Shown here: positions 56,705 to 64,000 of the stretch, piece after piece
Position numbering within the stretch: position 1 is the first letter of the stretch
Layout of the letters: the number at the start of each line of letters is the position of its first letter
Source of the DNA: a virus
Virus record (IMG/VR): IMGVR_UViG_3300030104_007872
Coordinates: 14,085-78,084 of that record
Length of the DNA: 64,000 nt
Strand: one strand, 5' to 3'
Translations under genes and position numbers: made by a program
Notes under the pieces: generated by a model
What the model was told of the DNA's origin: nothing
Databases searched by the model: none
Seen by the model: only the letters and a program-made list of their open reading frames with translations

Positions 56705-59131
56705 ATGATGGGTTTAACCGATTTCAATCTTACACCTAAGGCTAAAAAGGGTTTAAAGGATGCTCAAAAATTTGCGGAGGCCAATGGGCACTCCCTTATA
56801 ACAAATGGGCACTTAATTTACGGGTGCTTGGCTAATCTTTCAGATAGTTGTGCGCTAAAACTTAAGACTTACGGTGTAGCGCTAGAGCTTAAAGATTATA
56901 TTTCTTCCTTTAAAAAATATTGTGCCGAAAATAAAAAGTCCTTCGAAAAATCCAAGGGTTCGGGCGCTTGGCATGACGAGGTAAATCAGGCAATTTATTT
57001 TGCTAAGGAGTTTTCTGATAATTTTGATAGTTATTTTATTGGCGTCGAGCATATCCTGTATGTGATTTTAGACATGGGCGGCTCTTTGGTGGAGCATTTA
57101 TTAGAAAAGGGCGCTGACGTTCATCACGCCAAAGATATTATCGAGGCGCACATTTTAGAGACGAGTATCCCTCCCGCCGATACAGTAAGGAATATCTTAT
57201 ATATAGAGGGCAAAAAACAGCCTAAACCAGAACGCGCCGTTTCTACCAGTGAAACACTTGGTAAATACTGCATAAATATGAATCATGAATTCATGCAAAA
57301 TAAATCCTCTAAAATTTCTGGTAGGGAAGAGGAAACTAATGGGTTGATAGAAATTTTATCAAAGAAAAATAAAAGTAATGCGATTTTAGTTGGCGAGGCT
57401 GGCGTGGGTAAGACAGCCATAGTGGAGGGTCTAGCTCAAAAAATAGTTGAACAGCAGGTGCCAGCGCACATGTCGTTGATGCAGATTTTGTGCGTAGATA
57501 TTAGCGCCATGATCGCGGGCACGAAATATAGAGGCGAGTTCGAGGAAAGGTTTAAAATGCTTATTTCCGAAGCAGAAAAAGAACCAAACATTATCTTGTT
57601 TTTTGATGAAGTTCATACAATTATTGGCGCAGGAAACTCTGAGGGCTCAATAGATGCGTCAAATATGCTGAAGCCAGCTTTAGCTAGAGGTGCAATAAAA
57701 TGCATTGGCGCTACAACTCTTCAAGAATATAAAAAATTCTTCGAGAAGGATTCCGCCATGAAACGCCGCTTCGATAAAATTGACGTAGAAGAGCCCTCAA
57801 AGCAGGAAACTAAGGATATCATTGCAAAAACCATAGGCTTTTACGAAAATTTTCATTCGGTCAAATATTCTGAAACTGACATAGATAACATTATTGAGCT
57901 ATGCGATAAGTTTTTACCGCACAAAAGATTTCCAGATAAAGCTTTTGATGTTGTAGATCAGGTTGGCGCAAAAACAAAAATAAAATATAGGGCAGTGCCA
58001 GTTCGCGTTAGCGAGGCTAGAGATAGTTTTTGCAAGTTGCTGCAACAAACTGAGGGGGGTGGGGAGTTAAATGAGGAGAAATTTACCGACGCTCTAAAAA
58101 ATTACATAGAAGTCATGGCAAAATTTGACAGCAAGGCGGGTAGAAAATACAAGGTGCGATATAAAGATATAGTCAGTGTTCTCATGGATAAAACGGGCCT
58201 GTCGGACAAAACCATTTCAAAGAATACATCTTCATTTGCAAATTTTGCAAGAGATGTGTCAAAAGAGGTTTTTGGGCAGGGTGAAAATTTGGAAAAAATT
58301 CACAATACACTTTCCTGCGTTAAGGCTGGATTAAATGATGATCGCAAACCGCTTTCTAATTTTTTATTTATAGGTGGAACCAGCGTCGGAAAAACTCTCA
58401 CAGCCAAGAAGATCGCTAAGTATTTTTATGGTAATGAATCCTCCTTCATTCAACTTAATATGAGCGAATATCAAGATAAAACTGGTATTTCCAAGTTAAT
58501 AGGTGCAAATGCGGGTTACGTTGGTTACGAGGAGGGCGGACTCCTTACCGAATTCGTGCGTAATAACCCTAATTGTGTTGTTTTATTCGATGAGGTAGAG
58601 AAGTGTGATCCAAAAATTTTAGATTTGCTTCTGCATATTTTAGATGAAGGTTACGCGACAGACAATCTAAATAGACGAGTAGATTTTACAAAAACAATCA
58701 TTGTAATGACGACGAACATTGGACATGCAGAAAAATCCAAGAGAAGCATGGGGTTCTTGCCAGATTCAGAGGAGGACTCTGAGATTTACAGAAAGTCGCT
58801 AAAAAAATATTTGCGTCCAGAATTACTTTCTCGCATTGATGAAATTCTATTCTTTGAGAATTTGGCCGATGCAGACCTATCAAAAATAATACAAATTGAG
58901 TTGGAAAATATCCGTGATAGACTTACATGTAAAAAAATAAAATTGTTAATTCACGCTTCTGTGAAAAAATATATTTTTAATAAAATTAAAAGCCAAGATA
59001 AGAATGCCAGAAACATTAAAAATTCAGTGAAAACACTTGTGCAAATACCCCTATCGCACTTCATTATTAAAAATAAAAATATAGAGAAAATTTCTGCAAA
59101 AATAGTTGACAAGAACCTCACTTTGAGTTAA
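56705..59131 (+). CDS. ClpA/ClpC-family AAA+ chaperone
   Basis: Clp-N repeats, [27 protein letters not shown], second [11 protein letters not shown] and GYVGYEEGG, and an SMGF loop. Confidence 0.92.
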   Translation: MMGLTDFNLTPKAKKGLKDAQKFAEANGHSLITNGHLIYGCLANLSDSCALKLKTYGVALELKDYISSFKKYCAENKKSFEKSKGSGAWHDEVNQAIYFAKEFSDNFDSYFIGVEHILYVILDMGGSLVEHLLEKGADVHHAKDIIEAHILETSIPPADTVRNILYIEGKKQPKPERAVSTSETLGKYCINMNHEFMQNKSSKISGREEETNGLIEILSKKNKSNAILVGEAGVGKTAIVEGLAQKIVEQQVPAHMSLMQILCVDISAMIAGTKYRGEFEERFKMLISEAEKEPNIILFFDEVHTIIGAGNSEGSIDASNMLKPALARGAIKCIGATTLQEYKKFFEKDSAMKRRFDKIDVEEPSKQETKDIIAKTIGFYENFHSVKYSETDIDNIIELCDKFLPHKRFPDKAFDVVDQVGAKTKIKYRAVPVRVSEARDSFCKLLQQTEGGGELNEEKFTDALKNYIEVMAKFDSKAGRKYKVRYKDIVSVLMDKTGLSDKTISKNTSSFANFARDVSKEVFGQGENLEKIHNTLSCVKAGLNDDRKPLSNFLFIGGTSVGKTLTAKKIAKYFYGNESSFIQLNMSEYQDKTGISKLIGANAGYVGYEEGGLLTEFVRNNPNCVVLFDEVEKCDPKILDLLLHILDEGYATDNLNRRVDFTKTIIVMTTNIGHAEKSKRSMGFLPDSEEDSEIYRKSLKKYLRPELLSRIDEILFFENLADADLSKIIQIELENIRDRLTCKKIKLLIHASVKKYIFNKIKSQDKNARNIKNSVKTLVQIPLSHFIIKNKNIEKISAKIVDKNLTLS

Positions 59132-59134
59132 TAT
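59106..59134 (+). promoter_or_regulatory. Putative sigma70-type promoter TTGACA-17-TAATAT; leaderless ATG 59141
   Basis: Sequence match; start codon 6 nt after the -10 box. Confidence 0.55.
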
Positions 59135-59140
59135 CATCAT

Positions 59141-59365
59141 ATGACACGAGTAAATACTAGAGTGATGAAAGCGCTTCGTAACACGAAGGGTAGGTTTTTT
59201 GGATTGTATACCACACAGGGCGAAGCCCTGAACGCACAGTTAAGGCGCGAGACCGACAACTATGTTCACATTTATGATCGCAATAATGGGGTGGATCGTA
59301 AGCTTGCTAAAACGAGCATTTGCGGCGTTCGTCTGGCCCAACAAAAATTTGGCAAGGTTTTCTAA
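59141..59365 (+). CDS. Small basic hypothetical protein
   Basis: 74-aa ORF with its own promoter-like element and terminator. Confidence 0.7.
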   Translation: MTRVNTRVMKALRNTKGRFFGLYTTQGEALNAQLRRETDNYVHIYDRNNGVDRKLAKTSICGVRLAQQKFGKVF

Positions 59366-59418
59366 GGTCTGGTTAGAATCCTTGTTAATATAGAAGCCTC
59401 GGGCTTTGGTGAAACATG

Positions 59419-59453
59419 AAACTAACCTCCTTGAAAAAGGGGGTTAGTTTTTT
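59419..59453 (+). terminator. Intrinsic terminator
   Basis: AAACTAACCTCCT...AGGGGGTTAGTTT stem followed by Ts. Confidence 0.75.
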
Positions 59454-59463
59454 ATTATATACT

Positions 59464-60522
59464 GTGAGTAAAATAGACTCTTTATTTAAAGGCCGCGTTT
59501 ATCTATTTAACAATGACGCTACGGCAGATGACCTTGCTTTCGCAGAACAGCTTTTAAGGCAAGTTCGACCATCCCTCTGCGTTAGGCAGATACACCTTAT
59601 AAAAGTGGAGGAGGATTACGACGTATTTGAAATTGAAGACGAACAGGGTTATTTTTTTAGATTAAAAATATCTTTGGAGGCGCCATGTCCAGTTCTAAAA
59701 AGAGAGGCCATAGGGACAAAAAAAACCTTATGCCCATCTTCGCCCGTTTATGTGAAACATGGGGTCCTTGAGATAGGGGAAAAAATTAGCTATTTGTTAG
59801 TTGCTCTTCCATTTTGTCGTCCTCTTAGAGAGGTGGGCCGCTCTCTGTTACTAGAATCTTTCCCTAGTTTTTTAGATTGTTATAAAGAATTTCAAGAGAC
59901 AGAAGAGGTCAAAACTTCTTATAAGACAGTTCTAAAACAAATATTTGATGGGCTGAACTTAAGTAAAGTTTTACCTGAGGATGTGGTAGCGGAGGTACGA
60001 GAGGACACTAATTACGACTTGTGCATTAACTTCAGTAAAGAGTTAGAGAGGCGCACTTTCGAGTTCCTTTCAAGAGTCGAGTATGAAAATTCCTTCAAAT
60101 GTCATGGAAATTTTTCGCTGGACTCTGTTCTGTGCGACGGGCAGTATTTTTATTTTGATTCTTCCCCATTCCTCTGCATGGCGCACCCATTTATAGATCT
60201 AGCGGATTTAATTCTGGATTGGGGTTGCGATAAAGATACAGAGAAGACCCTAGTAGACAAGATGGCCGAGACTTTACAAATTTCTTCAGATGCTTATGAC
60301 GAAATATATCAAATGTGCCTTGGAAAGAAAATAGCGCAACTTTTAAGTGCTTATATAAAAGAAGTTTACCTGTATAACTGTTATAGGCAGGAGAAGCTAA
60401 TTGCCATTGCAGACAGCTTTTCTCAATGTTATGAAAGATTCTGTTCTATAGATATTTTCAATGAAAATAGACATTTTATCCTGAAAACAATCACTGAGCC
60501 AATTATAGGTGTAAACTCTTAA
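59464..60522 (+). CDS. APH/choline-kinase-fold protein with a degenerate active site; start revised to GTG 59464
   Basis: LKIS...LKRE, CHGNF (HGD position), YFDSS (DFE position) and HPFIDLA. The longer ORF call overlaps the terminator. Confidence 0.55.
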   Translation: MSKIDSLFKGRVYLFNNDATADDLAFAEQLLRQVRPSLCVRQIHLIKVEEDYDVFEIEDEQGYFFRLKISLEAPCPVLKREAIGTKKTLCPSSPVYVKHGVLEIGEKISYLLVALPFCRPLREVGRSLLLESFPSFLDCYKEFQETEEVKTSYKTVLKQIFDGLNLSKVLPEDVVAEVREDTNYDLCINFSKELERRTFEFLSRVEYENSFKCHGNFSLDSVLCDGQYFYFDSSPFLCMAHPFIDLADLILDWGCDKDTEKTLVDKMAETLQISSDAYDEIYQMCLGKKIAQLLSAYIKEVYLYNCYRQEKLIAIADSFSQCYERFCSIDIFNENRHFILKTITEPIIGVNS

Positions 60523-60525
60523 GTA

Positions 60526-61803
60526 ATGCCATTACCAATACCAAATAACGGAGAAAAGCGCTCAAGCTTTATGGAGCGTTGTATGATAGACCTTTCAAAA
60601 AAGGGAGAATTCAAAGATAATAAGCAAAGGGCTGCGGTTTGCTCCTCTCAATTCTCGAAAGCGGAGAGTAAAGCCTCCATTGTAACGGGGGAAGAGGAAG
60701 AGGCTCGGTGTTATTTTTCGCTTGCTGAAGATAAGAAAAACAAGCCGCTAAACAAGCCCTTTCGCACTCCAAAGGGTCCAAAAAAATTCTCCGTTTATGT
60801 TAAAAATGAGAAGGGTAATGTAGTAAAAGTTAATTTTGGAGATCCCAACATGGAAATCAAGAGGGATGATCCCGCTCGCCGCAAAAGCTTTAGAGCTAGG
60901 CACAATTGTGATAACCCAGGTCCAAAATGGAAGGCTCGTTATTGGTCTTGCAAACAATGGAGGGCTGGTAAAAAAGTAGAAGGCTCTGTGGAGGACGAGT
61001 ACGAATGGGATGGTGAAACCTTATTTGATCACAATGAGTTATTGGCTATGAATCCTGACTTAGCTAACGTGCCAGAGGCAGAGATCTCTGAGGCTGCTAA
61101 ACGCAGCGGTAGAAAAAGTGGGGCTCAAACACCCGCTGAACCAAGCGAAAGAAAAAGGGGTTCAAAGAAAAACCCCAAGGGCAGTGCAGGAGAAAAGGGC
61201 GGCAAAATTACATTCAGCGAAAAAACAACTAATGCGCTAAAAGAAAAAGTTAAAGAGCATAATTCCAAACACTCAAAGAAGGTAACACTTTCTCAGTTAA
61301 AGAAGGTATATCGTCGCGGTTCGGGCGCCTTTAGCACTTCACATAGACCTAATATGTCCAGACATGGCTGGGCGATGGCTCGCGTAAATATGTTCTTGAA
61401 AATGAGAAGAGGCGGTAAAGTTAAGGATTCTTACAGGAAGGCTGATCAAGATATTGCTTCAGCATCCAATACAAACTGGGCGGCAGAAGCCATGTCCTCT
61501 CTTTGGGAAAACATAAGAAAGAAAAAGGAGCGGATGGGTAAGAATTATAAGCCAGCTAAACCTGGGGATAAGGATAGGCCAAGCCAAGAGGCCCTGAAAA
61601 GGGCGCAGGGCGCTCCCGATGTAATGCAACATTACTTCAAGACAAAAGAAGAAGCTCTAAAAGACGCTGAAAAACTCGGATTGAAAGGTTTTCATTCACA
61701 TAAAACCGAAGACGGGAAAACCCTATATATGGCTGGACCCTCTCATGAAGCTTTTATCAAGCGTCATGATCAGGTAATGAAAGAAAAACAAAAGAAAAAG
61801 TAA
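60526..61803 (+). CDS. Modular Lys/Arg-rich phage protein (several small domains, DUF6321-like and DUF5824-like); candidate internal head protein
   Basis: MPLP...FMERCM; KKFSVYVK...VNFGD...RRKSFRARHNC...YWSC; VYRRG...WAMARVN; LWENIRKK; FKTKEEA...GFHSH...YM. GTGTAA upstream. Confidence 0.65.
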   Translation: MPLPIPNNGEKRSSFMERCMIDLSKKGEFKDNKQRAAVCSSQFSKAESKASIVTGEEEEARCYFSLAEDKKNKPLNKPFRTPKGPKKFSVYVKNEKGNVVKVNFGDPNMEIKRDDPARRKSFRARHNCDNPGPKWKARYWSCKQWRAGKKVEGSVEDEYEWDGETLFDHNELLAMNPDLANVPEAEISEAAKRSGRKSGAQTPAEPSERKRGSKKNPKGSAGEKGGKITFSEKTTNALKEKVKEHNSKHSKKVTLSQLKKVYRRGSGAFSTSHRPNMSRHGWAMARVNMFLKMRRGGKVKDSYRKADQDIASASNTNWAAEAMSSLWENIRKKKERMGKNYKPAKPGDKDRPSQEALKRAQGAPDVMQHYFKTKEEALKDAEKLGLKGFHSHKTEDGKTLYMAGPSHEAFIKRHDQVMKEKQKKK

Positions 61804-61806
61804 GAC

Positions 61807-63540
61807 ATGAAAAAGCTCTTTACGGGTATAGTCTTGTTTTTTATTACAGCTTTTGGCGCCTTAGGCTCTGAAAATTACAGTAATAAAATTGACGTAATAA
61901 TCGCCAATCAACTAAAGAGGCAGCGTCAAGAAATGCCAAAGCCCATTTCGGATGAAAAGTTCATTCGGCGGGCATACATAGATATTGTTGGGCGCATTCC
62001 AACGTATGATGAGGGTCAGTCTCTTACCTCACGCAAAGAGTTAATTGATAATCTCTTAGATAGTAAGGGTTATACCGAAAATATGTTTAACTTTTGGGCA
62101 GATTTGCTCAGGATAAAAAAAAGACTTAGCAATAATGTAAATGGCGTTAATTACATTTTTTGGATAAAGGATCAGATTAGCGATAACGTCAGCTATGATG
62201 TAATGGTAAAGAGGCTGCTTACGGCAAAGGGTCGTATTTGGGAAAATCCCGAGGTTGGATATTTTTTACGCGACGAGGGAATGTTGTTAGACAATGTTAG
62301 TAATACATTTCAGGCATTTGCTGGCATGGATATAAGTTGCGCTCAATGCCATGACCACCCTTTCGATGACTGGAGTCAGTTTGATTACTATAATCTAACC
62401 GCATTTTTTGGGCCGCTTGATACCCGTAATCGTAAAGGTGATAATGGACACTTAAAAAGAATAAGGGAGGAGGCAACTGCAATGGATGAGGGGGACAGCA
62501 GGGGAACTATAAATAAGGTCAACCAATTTATTAGGTATGGATATCAGTATGGGGTCAACGATAACCAAAAAAAGACATTAAAATTACCACACGATTATCA
62601 GTATAGGGATGGAGAGCCAAATGAAACAGTCAAGGCGAGAACCGTATTCGGTAAGCATATTAGAGAGCATAGGGATAGAACAAAACTACGAGAAGATTTT
62701 GCTAATTGGCTGACGGCTGATGAGCATCCGTTTTTTGCAGCAAATATCGTTAACAGATTATGGAATAGGGCTTTTGGTTTCCCTTTGATTGATGGCCTAA
62801 ATACGATTACGCAGGGTGAGAAACTGGTTAAGAGTAAAAACGATGAATTACTCAGGTATTTAATCACAGTAATTAAAAAAGTTAACTATGACACAAAGAA
62901 CTTTAATAGAATCTTACTGAACACAAGATTTTATCAGAGCGAGGCTGATGCCGAGGGTAAATTTAGAGGTCCAGCGCTGAGAAGAATGACGGCACCCCAG
63001 TTCTGGGATTCCCTTGTAACTCTTCATGTGGGTGATCCTGATGGCTGGCAACCAAAGCGCTACGATGAGCAATATTTAAATGTTTTCTCAGATCTTGCGG
63101 AAATGGACGCTGCAACCGTTGTCAAAAAACATAATGAATATAACTCCCTGAACAGGAAATATTATGATGGCGCCCCGAAGCTTGGCTCTTTGTTGGCGAT
63201 ACGCTCATCACATGTGTTTGAAAATTCTAAAAATGCCAACTTTCTAATTGAGTTTGGGCGCTCAGATAGAGAATTAATTCAGAACGGTGATACAGATGGC
63301 AATATTACCCAAATTCTAGTTTTGATGAACAGCCCACTAGCAAGCACGTTGGGTTCTAAAATTAGTTTTGCAATGAAAAAAGCCCAGAGCGCACCAAAAG
63401 AAAAATCCTTGGAGATACTGTTTTATTCTTTTTTGGGAAGAATGCCAACGGCAGCAGAAAAGAAAGCGCTCGCTGGCGCATTGCTTTATGACATTGTGTG
63501 GGTTTTATTGAACTCTCACGAAATGAAATTAATAACATGA
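61807..63540 (+). CDS. Secreted DUF1549/DUF1553 (PSCyt2/PSD1) protein
   Basis: Signal peptide, DEKFIRRAYIDIVGRIPT, CAQCHDHPFD, FAANIVNRLW, RRMTA, FGRSDRE and WVLLNSHE. Confidence 0.9.
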   Translation: MKKLFTGIVLFFITAFGALGSENYSNKIDVIIANQLKRQRQEMPKPISDEKFIRRAYIDIVGRIPTYDEGQSLTSRKELIDNLLDSKGYTENMFNFWADLLRIKKRLSNNVNGVNYIFWIKDQISDNVSYDVMVKRLLTAKGRIWENPEVGYFLRDEGMLLDNVSNTFQAFAGMDISCAQCHDHPFDDWSQFDYYNLTAFFGPLDTRNRKGDNGHLKRIREEATAMDEGDSRGTINKVNQFIRYGYQYGVNDNQKKTLKLPHDYQYRDGEPNETVKARTVFGKHIREHRDRTKLREDFANWLTADEHPFFAANIVNRLWNRAFGFPLIDGLNTITQGEKLVKSKNDELLRYLITVIKKVNYDTKNFNRILLNTRFYQSEADAEGKFRGPALRRMTAPQFWDSLVTLHVGDPDGWQPKRYDEQYLNVFSDLAEMDAATVVKKHNEYNSLNRKYYDGAPKLGSLLAIRSSHVFENSKNANFLIEFGRSDRELIQNGDTDGNITQILVLMNSPLASTLGSKISFAMKKAQSAPKEKSLEILFYSFLGRMPTAAEKKALAGALLYDIVWVLLNSHEMKLIT

Positions 63541-64000
63541 ACCGTAGACTTTTTATAAATAGCTTAGCCACTTCAGCCTTTGGGCTTACCGCCCTCAAGG
63601 GCGCAGCAAAGCAGCCAAACCCTAAGGTAAAAAATGTAATTTACATTTATCTTGATGGAGGTATGAGCCACATAGATTCATTTGATCCAAAAGATGATGA
63701 TGAGGTGAAGGGTCAAACTAGCAAGATTGCAACAAATGTAGATGGAATCCAAATCGGCCATCGCTTGCCCAAGCTTGCTAAAACAATGGATAAAATTTGC
63801 GTAATCAGAGGCATGAGTTCGAAAACAGGCGCTCATGGTCCAGCACAATACCTAAATCGAACTTCTTATCGGCAGATAGGCACAATAGTGCATCCAAGTT
63901 TAGGCTCATGGGCGGCACACTTAAAGGACAGGGAGAGGGAAATGCCCGATTATGTATTGATTTCTGGCTCTTCTGCTCATCCGAAATCTGGATTTCTGCC
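63537..64000 (+). CDS. DUF1501 protein with twin-arginine signal (3'-truncated; absent from the ORF track)
   Basis: ATGA overlap with the upstream stop; translates MNRRLFINSLA...VIYIYLDGGMSHIDSFDPK...HPSLGSW. Confidence 0.9.
   Translation, partial: MNRRLFINSLATSAFGLTALKGAAKQPNPKVKNVIYIYLDGGMSHIDSFDPKDDDEVKGQTSKIATNVDGIQIGHRLPKLAKTMDKICVIRGMSSKTGAHGPAQYLNRTSYRQIGTIVHPSLGSWAAHLKDREREMPDYVLISGSSAHPKSGFL

Noticed and set aside
26961-59131. Region is a bacterial chromosome segment (LPS locus plus recA, dnaB, dnaE, clp)
   Set aside because: The genes are divergent, tightly overlapped, flanked by phage genes and share the phage promoter motif. There are no ribosomal, transport or membrane-assembly genes.
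1-64000. Short antisense and alternate-frame ORFs in the track (e.g. 1230-1670, 3333-3794, 10755-11207, 30087-30500)
   Set aside because: They are shadows of longer, motif-bearing genes and have no recognisable features.
1-64000. Stop-codon reassignment or tRNA genes
   Set aside because: Genes are intact in the standard code and end in TAA, TAG and TGA. No cloverleaf with a T-loop consensus was found in the short intergenic gaps.

Overview
The window is 64 kb of a large tailed dsDNA phage (Caudoviricetes, probably siphovirus-like), read in the standard genetic code, with no integrase, tRNA, rRNA or CRISPR array visible. A DUF1549/DUF1553 plus Tat-signal DUF1501 gene pair and the scarcity of Shine-Dalgarno motifs suggest a Verrucomicrobia/Planctomycetes (PVC) host. 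Layout: (1) 1-20.7 kb head and tail morphogenesis (protease-scaffold, decoration protein, major capsid protein, an inverted neck/tail-tube block, chaperones, a 2340-aa tape measure protein, tube-fold and distal-tail paralogs). (2) 20.7-26.9 kb Hsp20, a glycosyltransferase, SSB, a phage sigma factor, an iteron-like repeat array and a class Id-type ribonucleotide reductase. (3) 27-47 kb an unbroken 23-gene nucleotide-sugar/glycosyltransferase island with a colitose pathway, a 3,6-dideoxy/branched-sugar pathway containing PanB, and a nonulosonic-acid pathway with a Maf-like transferase, but no export genes. (4) 47-57 kb a bacterial-type replisome with DNA polymerase III alpha split into PHP, exonuclease and polymerase genes. 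(5) 57-64 kb a Clp ATPase, a pseudokinase, a modular basic protein and the DUF1549/DUF1501 pair. The best leads are the stand-alone phage glycosylation system, a nuclease-like cargo cassette between repeated G(F/Y)(V/I)PNF motifs in the tape measure protein, a hidden -1-frame domain behind an A9 run, and a phage-specific TGTAA promoter family that includes an internal scaffold promoter. All family assignments come from motif recognition by eye, and no database searches were run.
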